From assembly GCA_964446635.1 (NCBI GenBank), contig CAYUPJ010000011.1, forward strand, positions 1-38,957: a stretch of 38,957 nucleotides of DNA. The letters run 5' to 3'. Made by a program: the position numbers and the translations under genes. Positions 9,113 to 17,203 of the stretch are shown one piece after another (the stretch's first letter is position 1; every line of letters starts with the position of its first letter). Source of the DNA: an uncultured Anaerolineae bacterium (GTDB lineage: Bacteria > Chloroflexota > Anaerolineae > VGOG01). The notes below the pieces were generated by a model. The model made no database searches and was not told the origin of the DNA. It saw only the letters and a program-made list of their open reading frames with translations.

Positions 9113-10168
9113 TCAGCCAGCAGTCAAATGCACTCTGCCCCTTTGTCCCTCTTCCCCCTCTACCTCAAACTTCACATCCAGGAACTGCTCTACCACCCAA
9201 ACGTTGGTCAGCAAGTGCATGGTGATTTCACAGGTGGTAAAAGCTGAGGGGCCAGATGCTAGCGCCATGGGGAGAATCACTTGATCTGCGATGTGCTGGT
9301 CAAGGCAGGCCTCGCTCTGGTGATAGGCAATGAACTCGCGGCAAGCTTCCTCCGCCACCTTCTCGGCGGGCTTGCCTCGCTCTCCCAAAGAAGAAAAGCC
9401 GGCCACTGCGTTCTCGTACTCGGCCACCAGGAAGACGACGGTACCCTGGCCTGGCGAGGGGGCATCCACCATCTCGATCTGAGGGTCGAAGCCCCGCTTA
9501 CGCAAGGTTTCCTCTGCTCGCTTCTTTTGCCTCTGGCCGATGTGAGGGGGCAGGTTGGAGGTAGCGGAAATACCCCAGAGGCACTTCAATTCACCCTGTT
9601 CCACCAAGTCCAGGCCAGAGAGAGCGCCCTCCTTTCGGCCTCCGATCAGAGCAGTCATCTCCCCTCCACCTATCGGGTACCAGCCCCACCTCTCGATCTC
9701 GACGCTGGCTTCCAGGCCCATGCGGGCCAGTGTAGGGAGGTAGACGTGCTGGAGGTAGTGGAAGGGAGGGCTCCAGGCTACGTGGGTGCCGCCGCGTATC
9801 CTCAGGCGGGATTGGCCGGGAGCGAAGGCCAGGGGCAGTAGCAAGGTCTGGCAGACCAGGCTGGTTGCGCCGGCGCTGCCGCCTTTGCGGGCTTCGGCCA
9901 CGTCGAAAGAGTATTCCCCAGCCCGAGGCGGCGACAGCGGTCTGAAAATCAGGGTTAGGGAGCCCAAATCCGCACCCTCCAGCTCAGCGTCGCAGATTTG
10001 AGCGCTGGCCCGAACCCCTGTGAGGTGTTGGGCCTGCAGGCCGGGGTTACGTCGCTTGGCGCGGATGTTCTCGATGCGCACGGGTTTGCCCAAGAGAGCA
10101 GAGAGGGTCAGAGACGTGCGCAATACCTGACCGCCTCCTTCGCCATAAGAGCCATCTATCACGATCAT
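9113..10168 (-). CDS. rtcA: RNA 3'-terminal phosphate cyclase
   Basis: MIVIDGSYGEGGGQVLRTSLTLSALLGKP...RNPGLQAQHLTGV...ADQVILPMALA...HLLTNVWVVEQFL is collinear with E. coli RtcA ([54 protein letters not shown]). Confidence 0.9.
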   Translation of the reverse strand: MIVIDGSYGEGGGQVLRTSLTLSALLGKPVRIENIRAKRRNPGLQAQHLTGVRASAQICDAELEGADLGSLTLIFRPLSPPRAGEYSFDVAEARKGGSAGATSLVCQTLLLPLAFAPGQSRLRIRGGTHVAWSPPFHYLQHVYLPTLARMGLEASVEIERWGWYPIGGGEMTALIGGRKEGALSGLDLVEQGELKCLWGISATSNLPPHIGQRQKKRAEETLRKRGFDPQIEMVDAPSPGQGTVVFLVAEYENAVAGFSSLGERGKPAEKVAEEACREFIAYHQSEACLDQHIADQVILPMALASGPSAFTTCEITMHLLTNVWVVEQFLDVKFEVEGEEGQRGRVHLTAG

Positions 10169-10286
10169 CGTCTTTCACCTGCCAACGTATGGATGCAAAT
10201 ACCATACCACATTGTGGCCAAAAGTCAAATTCTGGCTTTTTGCACTGAACCCGACTATAGTGTATAATAAGACCCATGATAGACGC

Positions 10287-10368
10287 CGTGAAACGTGAAA
10301 ACCTGAAACGTGAAACGTGAAAACGTGTTACATGAAAAGCAGTTCGCGTTTCACGCTTCACGTTTGAC
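10287..10368. repeat. Inverted arrays of GTGAAAC / GTTTCAC heptamers forming a long potential hairpin in the rtcA-flp divergent region
   Basis: cgtgaaacgtgaaaacctgaaacgtgaaacgtgaaaacgtg, then after a spacer cgtttcacgcttcacgtttgacg. A TATAAT box at 10263-10268 sits just upstream. Confidence 0.7.
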
Positions 10369-10384
10369 GAGAGGAGGTCAAGAG

Positions 10385-10537
10385 GTGATACCATTTCTAT
10401 CGCGTGAAGAAGGACAGGGGCTGATTGAATATGCCCTGATCATCGTTCTGGTGGCTATCGTCGTCATCGCTATCTTGCTGTTGCTGAGTGATGTGATCCC
10501 AGGATGGCTGGACAAGATCCTCGACTTCATCAGTTAG
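10385..10537 (+). CDS. flp: Flp family type IVb pilin
   Basis: VIPFLSREEGQGLIEYALIIVLVAIVVIAILLLL carries the Flp motif (EGQGLxEYALIL) and a hydrophobic helix. GTG start 7 nt after GGAGG. The track ORF from 10310 is a spurious upstream extension through the repeat array. Confidence 0.8.
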   Translation: MIPFLSREEGQGLIEYALIIVLVAIVVIAILLLLSDVIPGWLDKILDFIS

Positions 10538-10559
10538 CTATCGTCTTCGTGCCCTCAGC

Positions 10560-11324
10560 GTGGGTTCCACTGCTCTTTCCCCAGTTCAGAGTCCAGAAAG
10601 CTTGGCAGGCCAGGTTAACTTGCCCGCTATAGATTTGGTGCAGGAAATCAAAAGAGGTCTCCTGGATTTGCTGTTCCCTCCTCGCTGCGTAGGCTGTCGA
10701 GAGACGGGGAGTTTGCTCTGCGCCAAGTGCCGCGAAAAGTTCGAGTTGGTTGAACCGCCCTTCTGCCCCCACTGTGGTCGCCCCAGGACCAACGGCCACC
10801 TTTGTCCCCGTTGTTTACGCGACCCCCTGCAAATAGACGGCATCCGTTCTGTGGCCTACTTCGACGGAACCTTGCGCGAGGCCATCCACCACTTTAAGTA
10901 CTCCAACCTGCAGCATCTGGCCACTCCCTTGGGCAAGTTGATGGACGACTATTGGAAGCAGAGCCCTCTCCCCGCTGAAATCATTGTCCCCGTGCCTTTG
11001 CACACAGACCGTCTGCGCGAGCGCGGCTACAACCAGGCCGCTCTCCTGGCCAGGGAGCTCGGGAAAAGCACCGGTCTGTCTGTTTCAGAGAACAGTCTGA
11101 TCCGCGTGCGGGCAACCCGTCCCCAGGTGGACTTGAGCGCTCAGGAGCGCACGGAGAACGTTCGGGATGCTTTCCACTGTCCAGGCATGGAGTTGAAGGG
11201 CAAGCGAGTGTTGCTGATTGACGATGTCTTAACCACCGGCGCCACCCTGGAGGCCTGTAGCAGCGCCCTGCGGCAAGTTGGTGCTCGCTCCGTCTGGGCC
11301 CTCACCCTGGCCAGGGTCAGATGA
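10560..11324 (+). CDS. comF: ComF family protein (phosphoribosyltransferase domain with N-terminal Zn finger)
   Basis: Four CxxC pairs (CVGCRE...CAKCRE...CPHCGRP...CPRC) and the C-terminal PRTase motif VLLIDDVLTTGATLEA. Confidence 0.75.
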   Translation: MGSTALSPVQSPESLAGQVNLPAIDLVQEIKRGLLDLLFPPRCVGCRETGSLLCAKCREKFELVEPPFCPHCGRPRTNGHLCPRCLRDPLQIDGIRSVAYFDGTLREAIHHFKYSNLQHLATPLGKLMDDYWKQSPLPAEIIVPVPLHTDRLRERGYNQAALLARELGKSTGLSVSENSLIRVRATRPQVDLSAQERTENVRDAFHCPGMELKGKRVLLIDDVLTTGATLEACSSALRQVGARSVWALTLARVR

Positions 11325-11358
11325 ATTGTTGCCTGCTTGGGTGGGCAACCTGCGTGAT

Positions 11359-11380
11359 GCGTCAAGCGTCAAATGTCAAA
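11359..11380. repeat. GTCAAR heptamer tandem repeat
   Basis: gcgtcaagcgtcaaatgtcaaa, the same unit family as 2201-2223 and 33019-33047. Confidence 0.7.
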
Positions 11381-11398
11381 AAGGAAAGGAGATGTCAA

Positions 11399-11941
11399 AT
11401 GCAGTTGATCATCCAAGGCAAGAACATCGAAGTGACCGATAGGTTACGGGAGTACATTGAGAAGAAAGTAGGTAAGCTGGACCGCTATTTGCCCAGCATA
11501 AGCGAGGCACGGATGGAGCTATCTGTGGAGAGCGCCAAGAGTGCGAAGGATCGCCAGGTGGCCCAGTTGACGGTGCGGACCAGGGGCACCCTTTTGCGAG
11601 CCGAGGAGAGAAGCGCTGACATGTTTGCCTCCATTGATGCTATCGTGGACAAGATGTACCGCCAGATCGTTCGCTATAAGGGCAAACGCTACGGCCGAGG
11701 TCGTGGCCCGGGGGAGACGCCGCCAGTGGCGGAGTTCGAGGAGGAGGAGGAAGCGCTGCCCCGCATCGTAAGAACGAAACGCTTCCAGGTAGTTCCTATG
11801 GACGAAGAGGAAGCTATTGAGCAAATGGAACTTTTAGGCCACGACTTCTTCGTTTTCTTCAACGTCAACACCAATGAGATCAACGTCATTTACCGGCGCA
11901 AAGATGGCAATTACGGGCTGATCGAGCCGGAGATGGCGTAG
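11399..11941 (+). CDS. hpf: ribosome hibernation-promoting factor (long HPF/RaiA)
   Basis: MQLIIQGKNIEVTDRLREYIEKKVGKLDRYL is the canonical HPF N-terminus, and the C-terminal domain KRFQVVPMDEEEAIEQMELLGHDFFVFFN is present. RBS AAGGAGA before ATG 11399; the track start at 11321 is an upstream extension. Confidence 0.85.
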   Translation: MQLIIQGKNIEVTDRLREYIEKKVGKLDRYLPSISEARMELSVESAKSAKDRQVAQLTVRTRGTLLRAEERSADMFASIDAIVDKMYRQIVRYKGKRYGRGRGPGETPPVAEFEEEEEALPRIVRTKRFQVVPMDEEEAIEQMELLGHDFFVFFNVNTNEINVIYRRKDGNYGLIEPEMA

Positions 11942-11953
11942 ACTGAGGAGGTA

Positions 11954-12071
11954 ACTACTCAGCCTCCGTTGTCATTGCGAGCGTTTTTTGCGAAGCAATC
12001 CCCAACTTGCGCATTGGAGATTGCTTCGTCGGCAAAAACCGCCTCCTCGCAATGACAGCCTGAGCAGTCAC
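11954..12071. repeat. About 100-bp nested palindromic dispersed element (copy 1), REP/MITE-like
   Basis: Outer inverted repeat gtcattgcgagcg ... cgctcctcgcaatgac and inner inverted repeat gcgaagcaatc ... gattgcttcg. It is flanked by actactcagcc / gcctgagcagt. A second copy lies at 34676-34786 with the same architecture. Confidence 0.8.
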
Positions 12072-12080
12072 CTAGGAGGA

Positions 12081-12542
12081 ATGAAGACCATACTTTTTGT
12101 CTGCACGGGCAACGTCTGCCGTTCGCCTATGGCGGTGGGGTTCCTTCGGGAGAAGCTACGGAAGGCGGGACTGGAAGAGGGGTACCGAGTACGCTCGGCA
12201 GGCGTGTGGGCGCCGGAGAATCAACCGCCCTCAACCAACGCTCGCGAGATCATGGCGGAGCGAGGCATTGACATCGGCGACCATCGCGGCCATGACCTCA
12301 CCGCCGAGGATGTGGAGGGAGCTGATCTCATCCTGACCATGGAGGGCGGCCAGGCCGAGGCCATCCAGGTGGAGTTCCCCCCACACGCTCACAAAGTCCA
12401 TTTGCTAAGCGAGATGGCTGGGCGACAGTACGGCATCCGGGACCCCTACGGTGGCCCTTTGTACGAGTACCGCCAATGTGCCAACGAGATCGAAAGGCTC
12501 ATTGAGGAGGGCTATCCTCGCATCATGCAGTTGGTGGGGTAA
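12081..12542 (+). CDS. low-molecular-weight protein tyrosine phosphatase
   Basis: MKTILFVCTGNVCRSPMA has the CX5R P-loop of LMW-PTP/ArsC-like phosphatases. AGGAGGA RBS before ATG 12081. The track start at 11988 reads through the palindromic repeat and is rejected. Confidence 0.8.
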   Translation: MKTILFVCTGNVCRSPMAVGFLREKLRKAGLEEGYRVRSAGVWAPENQPPSTNAREIMAERGIDIGDHRGHDLTAEDVEGADLILTMEGGQAEAIQVEFPPHAHKVHLLSEMAGRQYGIRDPYGGPLYEYRQCANEIERLIEEGYPRIMQLVG

Positions 12543-12546
12543 GCTA

Positions 12547-12580
12547 AAGGGGAGACCGCGTGGTCTCCCCTTTCTTTTCT
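12547..12580. terminator. Bidirectional rho-independent terminator between the convergent ptp and HNH genes
   Basis: aaggggagacc gcgt ggtctcccctt forms an 11-bp perfect stem with a T-rich tail (tcttttctc). Confidence 0.7.
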
Positions 12581-13095
12581 CACCATACTTCTATGAACTG
12601 TTGCCACTCCTTGCTTTCTTTCAGGTAGCGGCCGAAGAGGTACATGTTTGTGGCGTGGGGTTCGTAGGGCTGTTGCAGCAACTGCATGTGGGCCTCCTGG
12701 AGGGTTCGGCCGCCCTTGCGACGGTTGCAGTCCGGGCACGCGCTCACCAGGTTTTCCCAACGATGCTGTCCCCCGTGGTGACGTGGGACAACGTGATCCA
12801 CCGTCAAGTTATTTGATTGCCGCCCACAATACTGGCAAGTGTAGTTATCCCGCCGGAAGATCTCTTTCTTAGTGAGCTTCACCCGCGGGCGAGGTCGCCC
12901 GATCATGTAACCCAGCTTGATCACCGAGGGGCACAAAAAGGTAGTGGAAGGAGTGCGGATAACTCCTCGGCTATTCTCCAAGACCTCGGCCTTGCCCACC
13001 ACGACCAGGGTGATGGCCCTCTTGACGTTGCAGACATGCAGCGGCTCGTAGTTTAGATTGAGGACAAGAACTGGGGAATCTAACAGGCCGTTCAA
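12580..13095 (-). CDS. HNH endonuclease
   Basis: CQYCGRQSNNLTVDHVVPRHHGGQHRWENLVSACPDCNRRKG is a complete HNH motif with flanking Zn-binding cysteines. Confidence 0.8.
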   Translation of the reverse strand: MNGLLDSPVLVLNLNYEPLHVCNVKRAITLVVVGKAEVLENSRGVIRTPSTTFLCPSVIKLGYMIGRPRPRVKLTKKEIFRRDNYTCQYCGRQSNNLTVDHVVPRHHGGQHRWENLVSACPDCNRRKGGRTLQEAHMQLLQQPYEPHATNMYLFGRYLKESKEWQQFIEVW

Positions 13096-13148
13096 CCGAG
13101 TCTCCTCTGGTTCTCAGATCTACGGCTGATTATAACACAACCTTCCAA

Positions 13149-13910
13149 TTAGGTCAAAAGCTGCCACAGCCGCCCCAGGCGCACGTACATCACAAAAGTG
13201 TAGTAGGCCATCAGGAGACTTAAGAGCAGCCCATGGAAGCCGTCCTTGTAGCCCTTTAGGGAGACGTAGCGCCGCCGGAACTCCCTGAGGGGCTGCAAGA
13301 TGAAGCTGTGGAGCCTGGGGCGGACACCCTGATCGAAGAGGATCTTGGCTTCGTAGTCCGTGTAGCGATTCTGCCTTTCGATGAATTGAGCCAGGGTGTT
13401 GTAGTTGTAGTGGATCAGGGGATTCTCTAAGTATCCATCCTCGCCATCCAGAATGACGATCTCGTGAACCTCTCGCTTTGGGTCGTAGCGGGCCTTGCCA
13501 TGCCGCAGTAGGCGCAGTTGATAATCGGGATACCAGCCGGCGTGGCGGATCACTCGGCCGAAGATGTAATTGTGGCGGGGAACCCACCAGCCCGCGCGCA
13601 ATTCATCCTGGATGGCGCGGCGCACCTCGACCGCCAGCTCCGGCGTGGCGCGCTCGTCGGCGTCAACGAAGAAGACCCAGTCGCTATCCACAGCATCCAG
13701 GGCAGCGTTGCGCTGCTGGGCGAAGCTCTGGAACCGGTGCTGGAAAATCGTCGCCCCTGCCTCTCGTACAATCTCCGCCGTTCGATCCTGGCTGAAGGAA
13801 TCGAACACCACGACCTCGTCGGCCCATGGCACACTGGCGAGGCAGTCGGCGATATTCTTCTCCTCGTTGTTGGTGAGGATGATGGCGGTTAGCTTCGGCT
13901 TTTTCTTCAT
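13149..13910 (-). CDS. family 2 glycosyltransferase
   Basis: KLTAIILTNNEEKNIADCLASVPWADEVVVFDSFSQDRT...FFVDADE gives a GT2 DxD-type fold signature. ATG at 13910 overlaps the upstream GT2 stop (ATGA). The 358-aa track start is a Gly/Ala-rich extension and is rejected. Confidence 0.75.
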   Translation of the reverse strand: MKKKPKLTAIILTNNEEKNIADCLASVPWADEVVVFDSFSQDRTAEIVREAGATIFQHRFQSFAQQRNAALDAVDSDWVFFVDADERATPELAVEVRRAIQDELRAGWWVPRHNYIFGRVIRHAGWYPDYQLRLLRHGKARYDPKREVHEIVILDGEDGYLENPLIHYNYNTLAQFIERQNRYTDYEAKILFDQGVRPRLHSFILQPLREFRRRYVSLKGYKDGFHGLLLSLLMAYYTFVMYVRLGRLWQLLT

Positions 13911-14887
13911 TTGGCCTGTGACATCTCCGCGACCATCCGATAGGCCCTCAGACAGCTCTCCAGATCCGCTTGGCTGATCTCGCCTCGCTTGGTTGCCGCC
14001 AGCGCTCGACGTTTCTCCGCTCGCAGCCCCAGCCGCACCATGCGGCGCACGGCCCACTGGTAGAAACGGCCATAGTGCTTCTCGAAGAGCAGATAACGGC
14101 TCCTCCATAGGGCCACAAACATCTCGCCCCGCACCTGCCTGGTGCTCTTGGCCTCGTGGTGCACCACCTCGGCCCTGGGCACGCAGTAGACATCCCAGCC
14201 CGCTTTCCTCATCCTCATGCACCAATCAATCTCCTCGCAATAGATGAAGAACCGCTCGTCCAGCAGGCCCACCTCTTGGATAGCCTCCCCTCGCGCCATC
14301 AGGGCCGCGCCCAAAGGATGGTCAATGGGGAAAGGCTCTCCCCCTTCGTAGAGCCGGCGGGGATAGCGACCGTTGAGGCGTGAGTTCAGCAGGCGATATT
14401 GGAGGGGGAAAAAGTCGAAGAAGGCCTGGGCCAGAGTTGGGAAAGCAAAGGCCGAGTGCTGCAGTTGGCCATCGGGGTAGAGGAGCTTGGCGCCAGCCAC
14501 GCCGGCGTGGGGATTCTCGTCCAGGAAACCCACCATCGTGGTCAGGGCATCACCCAACACCTCCGTGTCGGGGTTCAGCAGAAGAACGTAGCGGGGCAGT
14601 TCGTGGGACTCAGCCGAGGCAAAGCCCCTCGCTCGTAGGGCCTGATTGTTGGCAGCCGCAAACCCGACGTTCGTCTCGTTGGCCATGAGCCTGGCCTGGG
14701 GGAAGCGCTCCCGCACCATCTCCGCGCTGCCGTCCGTCGAGGCATTATCCACCACCCAGACCCCGCCCCTCAGATTCGAGCCCTTCAGGTTTTCGTACAC
14801 TGAGGCTAGGCAAGCCTCCAACAACCCCCGCACGTTCCAACTAACGATCACAATGGCCAGGTCCAAATTCAACCCTACCTCCACCAA
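13907..14887 (-). CDS. family 2 glycosyltransferase
   Basis: LAIVIVSWNVRGLLEACLASVYE...VWVVDNASTDGS gives a GT2 signature. TTG start at 14887. Translationally coupled to the downstream GT2. Confidence 0.7.
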   Translation of the reverse strand: MVEVGLNLDLAIVIVSWNVRGLLEACLASVYENLKGSNLRGGVWVVDNASTDGSAEMVRERFPQARLMANETNVGFAAANNQALRARGFASAESHELPRYVLLLNPDTEVLGDALTTMVGFLDENPHAGVAGAKLLYPDGQLQHSAFAFPTLAQAFFDFFPLQYRLLNSRLNGRYPRRLYEGGEPFPIDHPLGAALMARGEAIQEVGLLDERFFIYCEEIDWCMRMRKAGWDVYCVPRAEVVHHEAKSTRQVRGEMFVALWRSRYLLFEKHYGRFYQWAVRRMVRLGLRAEKRRALAATKRGEISQADLESCLRAYRMVAEMSQAK

Positions 14888-14977
14888 AGCGAGAAGCTCC
14901 GCTGATGTCCAGGCAAATTATACTCACGGCTGAGCAAAAGGCAAGCCCCTGTCACCTCGACAGGGGCTTCATGTATC

Positions 14978-16270
14978 TTACTTGCTGGTGTCTCCCTTGT
15001 GGCGATCGCTTCCTTCGCTCTTGGGTGACACAGTGCCCTCCCTCTGAACGGTCTCAAGGAACATCCGCTCAAGTGACGGCGGGACCAGCCCAGCCTCACC
15101 GAGCTTCTCCAAATAGCGAAGCATGGCATAATCTGTTACGTCTGCCCCAGTCTGCGAGATGAATTCCTTGATCCGGTGGCTCTCAACTCTGGATCTTTGG
15201 TTTTCTAGTTCCTCCTCTTTTCTCGCCTTTTCGAAGGCCAGGGCTTGCTCCTCGATTTCCCGCGGCGCCTCGATTCCAACTTCCACCCGGTGAATTCTCA
15301 CCCCCCATGCGATCGCTGTAGCGCTCAAGGAGGTTTGCAGTTTAGCTTGTAGGAGTTGTGCATGAGTTTCTGGGCCTGCCTTTTTACGGGAACCCTTCTT
15401 GACGGGGGTGTAGATTTCGTCGAGGTAGCATGTGCATATCATATCGCGGAGTAGGGCAAGGGCAGCCCCAATGGTATATGCTTTCCAATCTGGCACAAGG
15501 TATACGGCATTGAACACTGCAGGTTCAGAAAACGGATACATGTTATCGCGTGTAGGCGGGCGGCTTCCAGGATCGATTTGGAAGAACACCTTGACATGAG
15601 TGTTCAGTGGAATTCCATCTCTAGTGGAAAAGGTCTGCGTTCTTTCCTCCACTTGCATGCGCAAATCAACGACTGCTCGTATCGTTTCGAAAGGCTTCTT
15701 TATCACAAAACCGGGCCCTGACACCTGGCTAGGGCATCCGAAGCGTTCAAAGACCACGGCATTTCCGTGATTGATAACCGTATAACCGACCGTTCTCGCT
15801 GGAGCGAACAAGCTCCTCGATTTTATGATTCTCACTTCGCCCCCGCTGACGAGCTCAAGAGGTCCTGCACGCTCAAGCAGCACTGACTCTATCAAGTAGA
15901 CAAAGGATTCCCACCGATCAACTCCTTGGAAAACAAAGATCATCTCAGAGCATAAGAGCAGTACAGATAAGACTACCGATAGCCAGGAAAGAAGCCCCAT
16001 CACGCCTCCCATGGCAAAGAAGACAATCTCTTCCACACTCATTCCGGGCGGGTTGGGTCCCCTAGCCCGGCCTGCCAAACCGCCAAGCACAAACGCAAGG
16101 ATAAAGGTAGCAAGAAGTATGACGCGTGCCAGACCTGACTCGCGAGCGAGGCGATAGGAGAGGATAGCAATGGCCACAATAACTGCTGCAACTGCAAATC
16201 CTGTGAGTCCAAACAGGAAGTAGGAGAGAATCAAAAGAACTGGGGCACTAAGTACAATCAGTTTTTTCAT
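14978..16270 (-). CDS. SPFH/band-7 (stomatin/flotillin-like) membrane protein with N-terminal TM helices and C-terminal coiled coil
   Basis: Multiple N-terminal hydrophobic helices. Central VINHGNAVVFERFG...GPGFVIKKPFETIRAVVDLRMQV is a typical SPFH core, followed by charged coiled-coil EEQALAFEKARKEEELENQRSRVE. GC is lower than in the flanks. Confidence 0.6.
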   Translation of the reverse strand: MKKLIVLSAPVLLILSYFLFGLTGFAVAAVIVAIAILSYRLARESGLARVILLATFILAFVLGGLAGRARGPNPPGMSVEEIVFFAMGGVMGLLSWLSVVLSVLLLCSEMIFVFQGVDRWESFVYLIESVLLERAGPLELVSGGEVRIIKSRSLFAPARTVGYTVINHGNAVVFERFGCPSQVSGPGFVIKKPFETIRAVVDLRMQVEERTQTFSTRDGIPLNTHVKVFFQIDPGSRPPTRDNMYPFSEPAVFNAVYLVPDWKAYTIGAALALLRDMICTCYLDEIYTPVKKGSRKKAGPETHAQLLQAKLQTSLSATAIAWGVRIHRVEVGIEAPREIEEQALAFEKARKEEELENQRSRVESHRIKEFISQTGADVTDYAMLRYLEKLGEAGLVPPSLERMFLETVQREGTVSPKSEGSDRHKGDTSK

Positions 16271-16632
16271 CGTTGACCTCCTGGACTAGCTCCCACCTGA
16301 CGAAGACATGGTGGTTTCGGAAGTGTAACAGGCTTTTCAGCCTCTGTTAGAGTTCCTTTCAGTATACCATAAAACCGTAAAAAACAGAAGTGACTCTTTG
16401 CTGGAGGTGTATTTCAGTTTTGTGTAACGTGTTTTGACAACTTCGCCCGAGCGTCTTCAGTGGCACCGAACAACGCGGATCGTGCATCGAAAGGGGTAGC
16501 CGAAGGCCAATTCATTACATAATCGCATCCTTCGATACGGTCTTGACCACATCCCGGCTTGCTCAGAGTACTCAACACCAATCTGACAGAAATCTGCTCC
16601 CAAAGTGAAATGCACCTTGCACTGGGTCTTAG

Positions 16633-16661
16633 TTGACAAAATCGCAAAATTATGATATACT
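16633..16661 (+). promoter_or_regulatory. sigma70-type promoter (TTGACA - 17 nt - TATACT) upstream of the HTH gene
   Basis: ttgaca at 16633-16638 and tatact at 16656-16661, in an AT-rich leader. Confidence 0.5.
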
Positions 16662-16709
16662 TTGTATGCTGAATATAGCTATCATGTTCTATACTCATAG
16701 GAGTAGATC

Positions 16710-17177
16710 GTGCAATATACTTCTGAGCAGACCTACACAACTGCTACTCTGTGCGAGATGTTCAATATCTCTAGGAGTACACTCTTTCGCTGGGAGCGAC
16801 AAGGTAAACTACCATCGGGTGATCCTTTTCCGCCAGTCAGCCGCGACGTGAATGGGCAACGGCAATACAGCTGGAAGCACCGGGCGGCTATCGCAAAATA
16901 TCAGCTTAAAAGACGGTTCGAGCAAATTGCTAGCGCAGAGGATCAGGCCTATGCAATAGATAACGTGGACATAGTATGGGAACAGCTCTCTCTGTACAAG
17001 TTCATAGAGCTGAGGGATAGCACCGGACTACGTGAGCTATCAGAACGTCCAACACTAGCGCCTGATATTATTCATCAACTGCTCCGAGAGGCAACGAAAT
17101 ATCATCCATCGGAAGAGATGTTCTGCCAGATAGTGAGTTTAGTATACAACAAAGCTTGTTCACATCAAACGGTCTAG
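16710..17177 (+). CDS. HTH DNA-binding protein (MerR/excisionase-like N-terminal helix-turn-helix)
   Basis: YTTATLCEMFNISRSTLFRWERQGKLP is a classic MerR/AlpA-type HTH. AT-rich gene. Confidence 0.55.
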   Translation: MQYTSEQTYTTATLCEMFNISRSTLFRWERQGKLPSGDPFPPVSRDVNGQRQYSWKHRAAIAKYQLKRRFEQIASAEDQAYAIDNVDIVWEQLSLYKFIELRDSTGLRELSERPTLAPDIIHQLLREATKYHPSEEMFCQIVSLVYNKACSHQTV

Positions 17178-17203
17178 CTGTCCACAATGCAAGGGATTTC
17201 GAA

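Noticed and set aside
10047-10394. 115-aa minus-strand ORF spanning the rtcA 5' end and the heptamer hairpin
   Set aside because: It overlaps the rtcA start in another frame and is translated from repeat sequence (FHVTRFHVSRFRFSRF).
11988-12080. N-terminal 31-aa extension of the LMW-PTP ORF (MRSNPQLAHWRLLRRQKPPPRNDSLSSHLGG)
   Set aside because: It is translated from the palindromic repeat element. An AGGAGGA RBS directly precedes the internal ATG at 12081 (MKTILFVCTGNVCRS), which matches the canonical LMW-PTP N-terminus.
13911-14225. 105-aa Gly/Ala/Arg-rich N-terminal extension of the GT2 ORF 13149-14225
   Set aside because: It overlaps the upstream GT2 gene in another frame. The GT2 fold begins at MKKKPKLTAIILTNN, with ATG 13910 overlapping the upstream stop in classic coupling.
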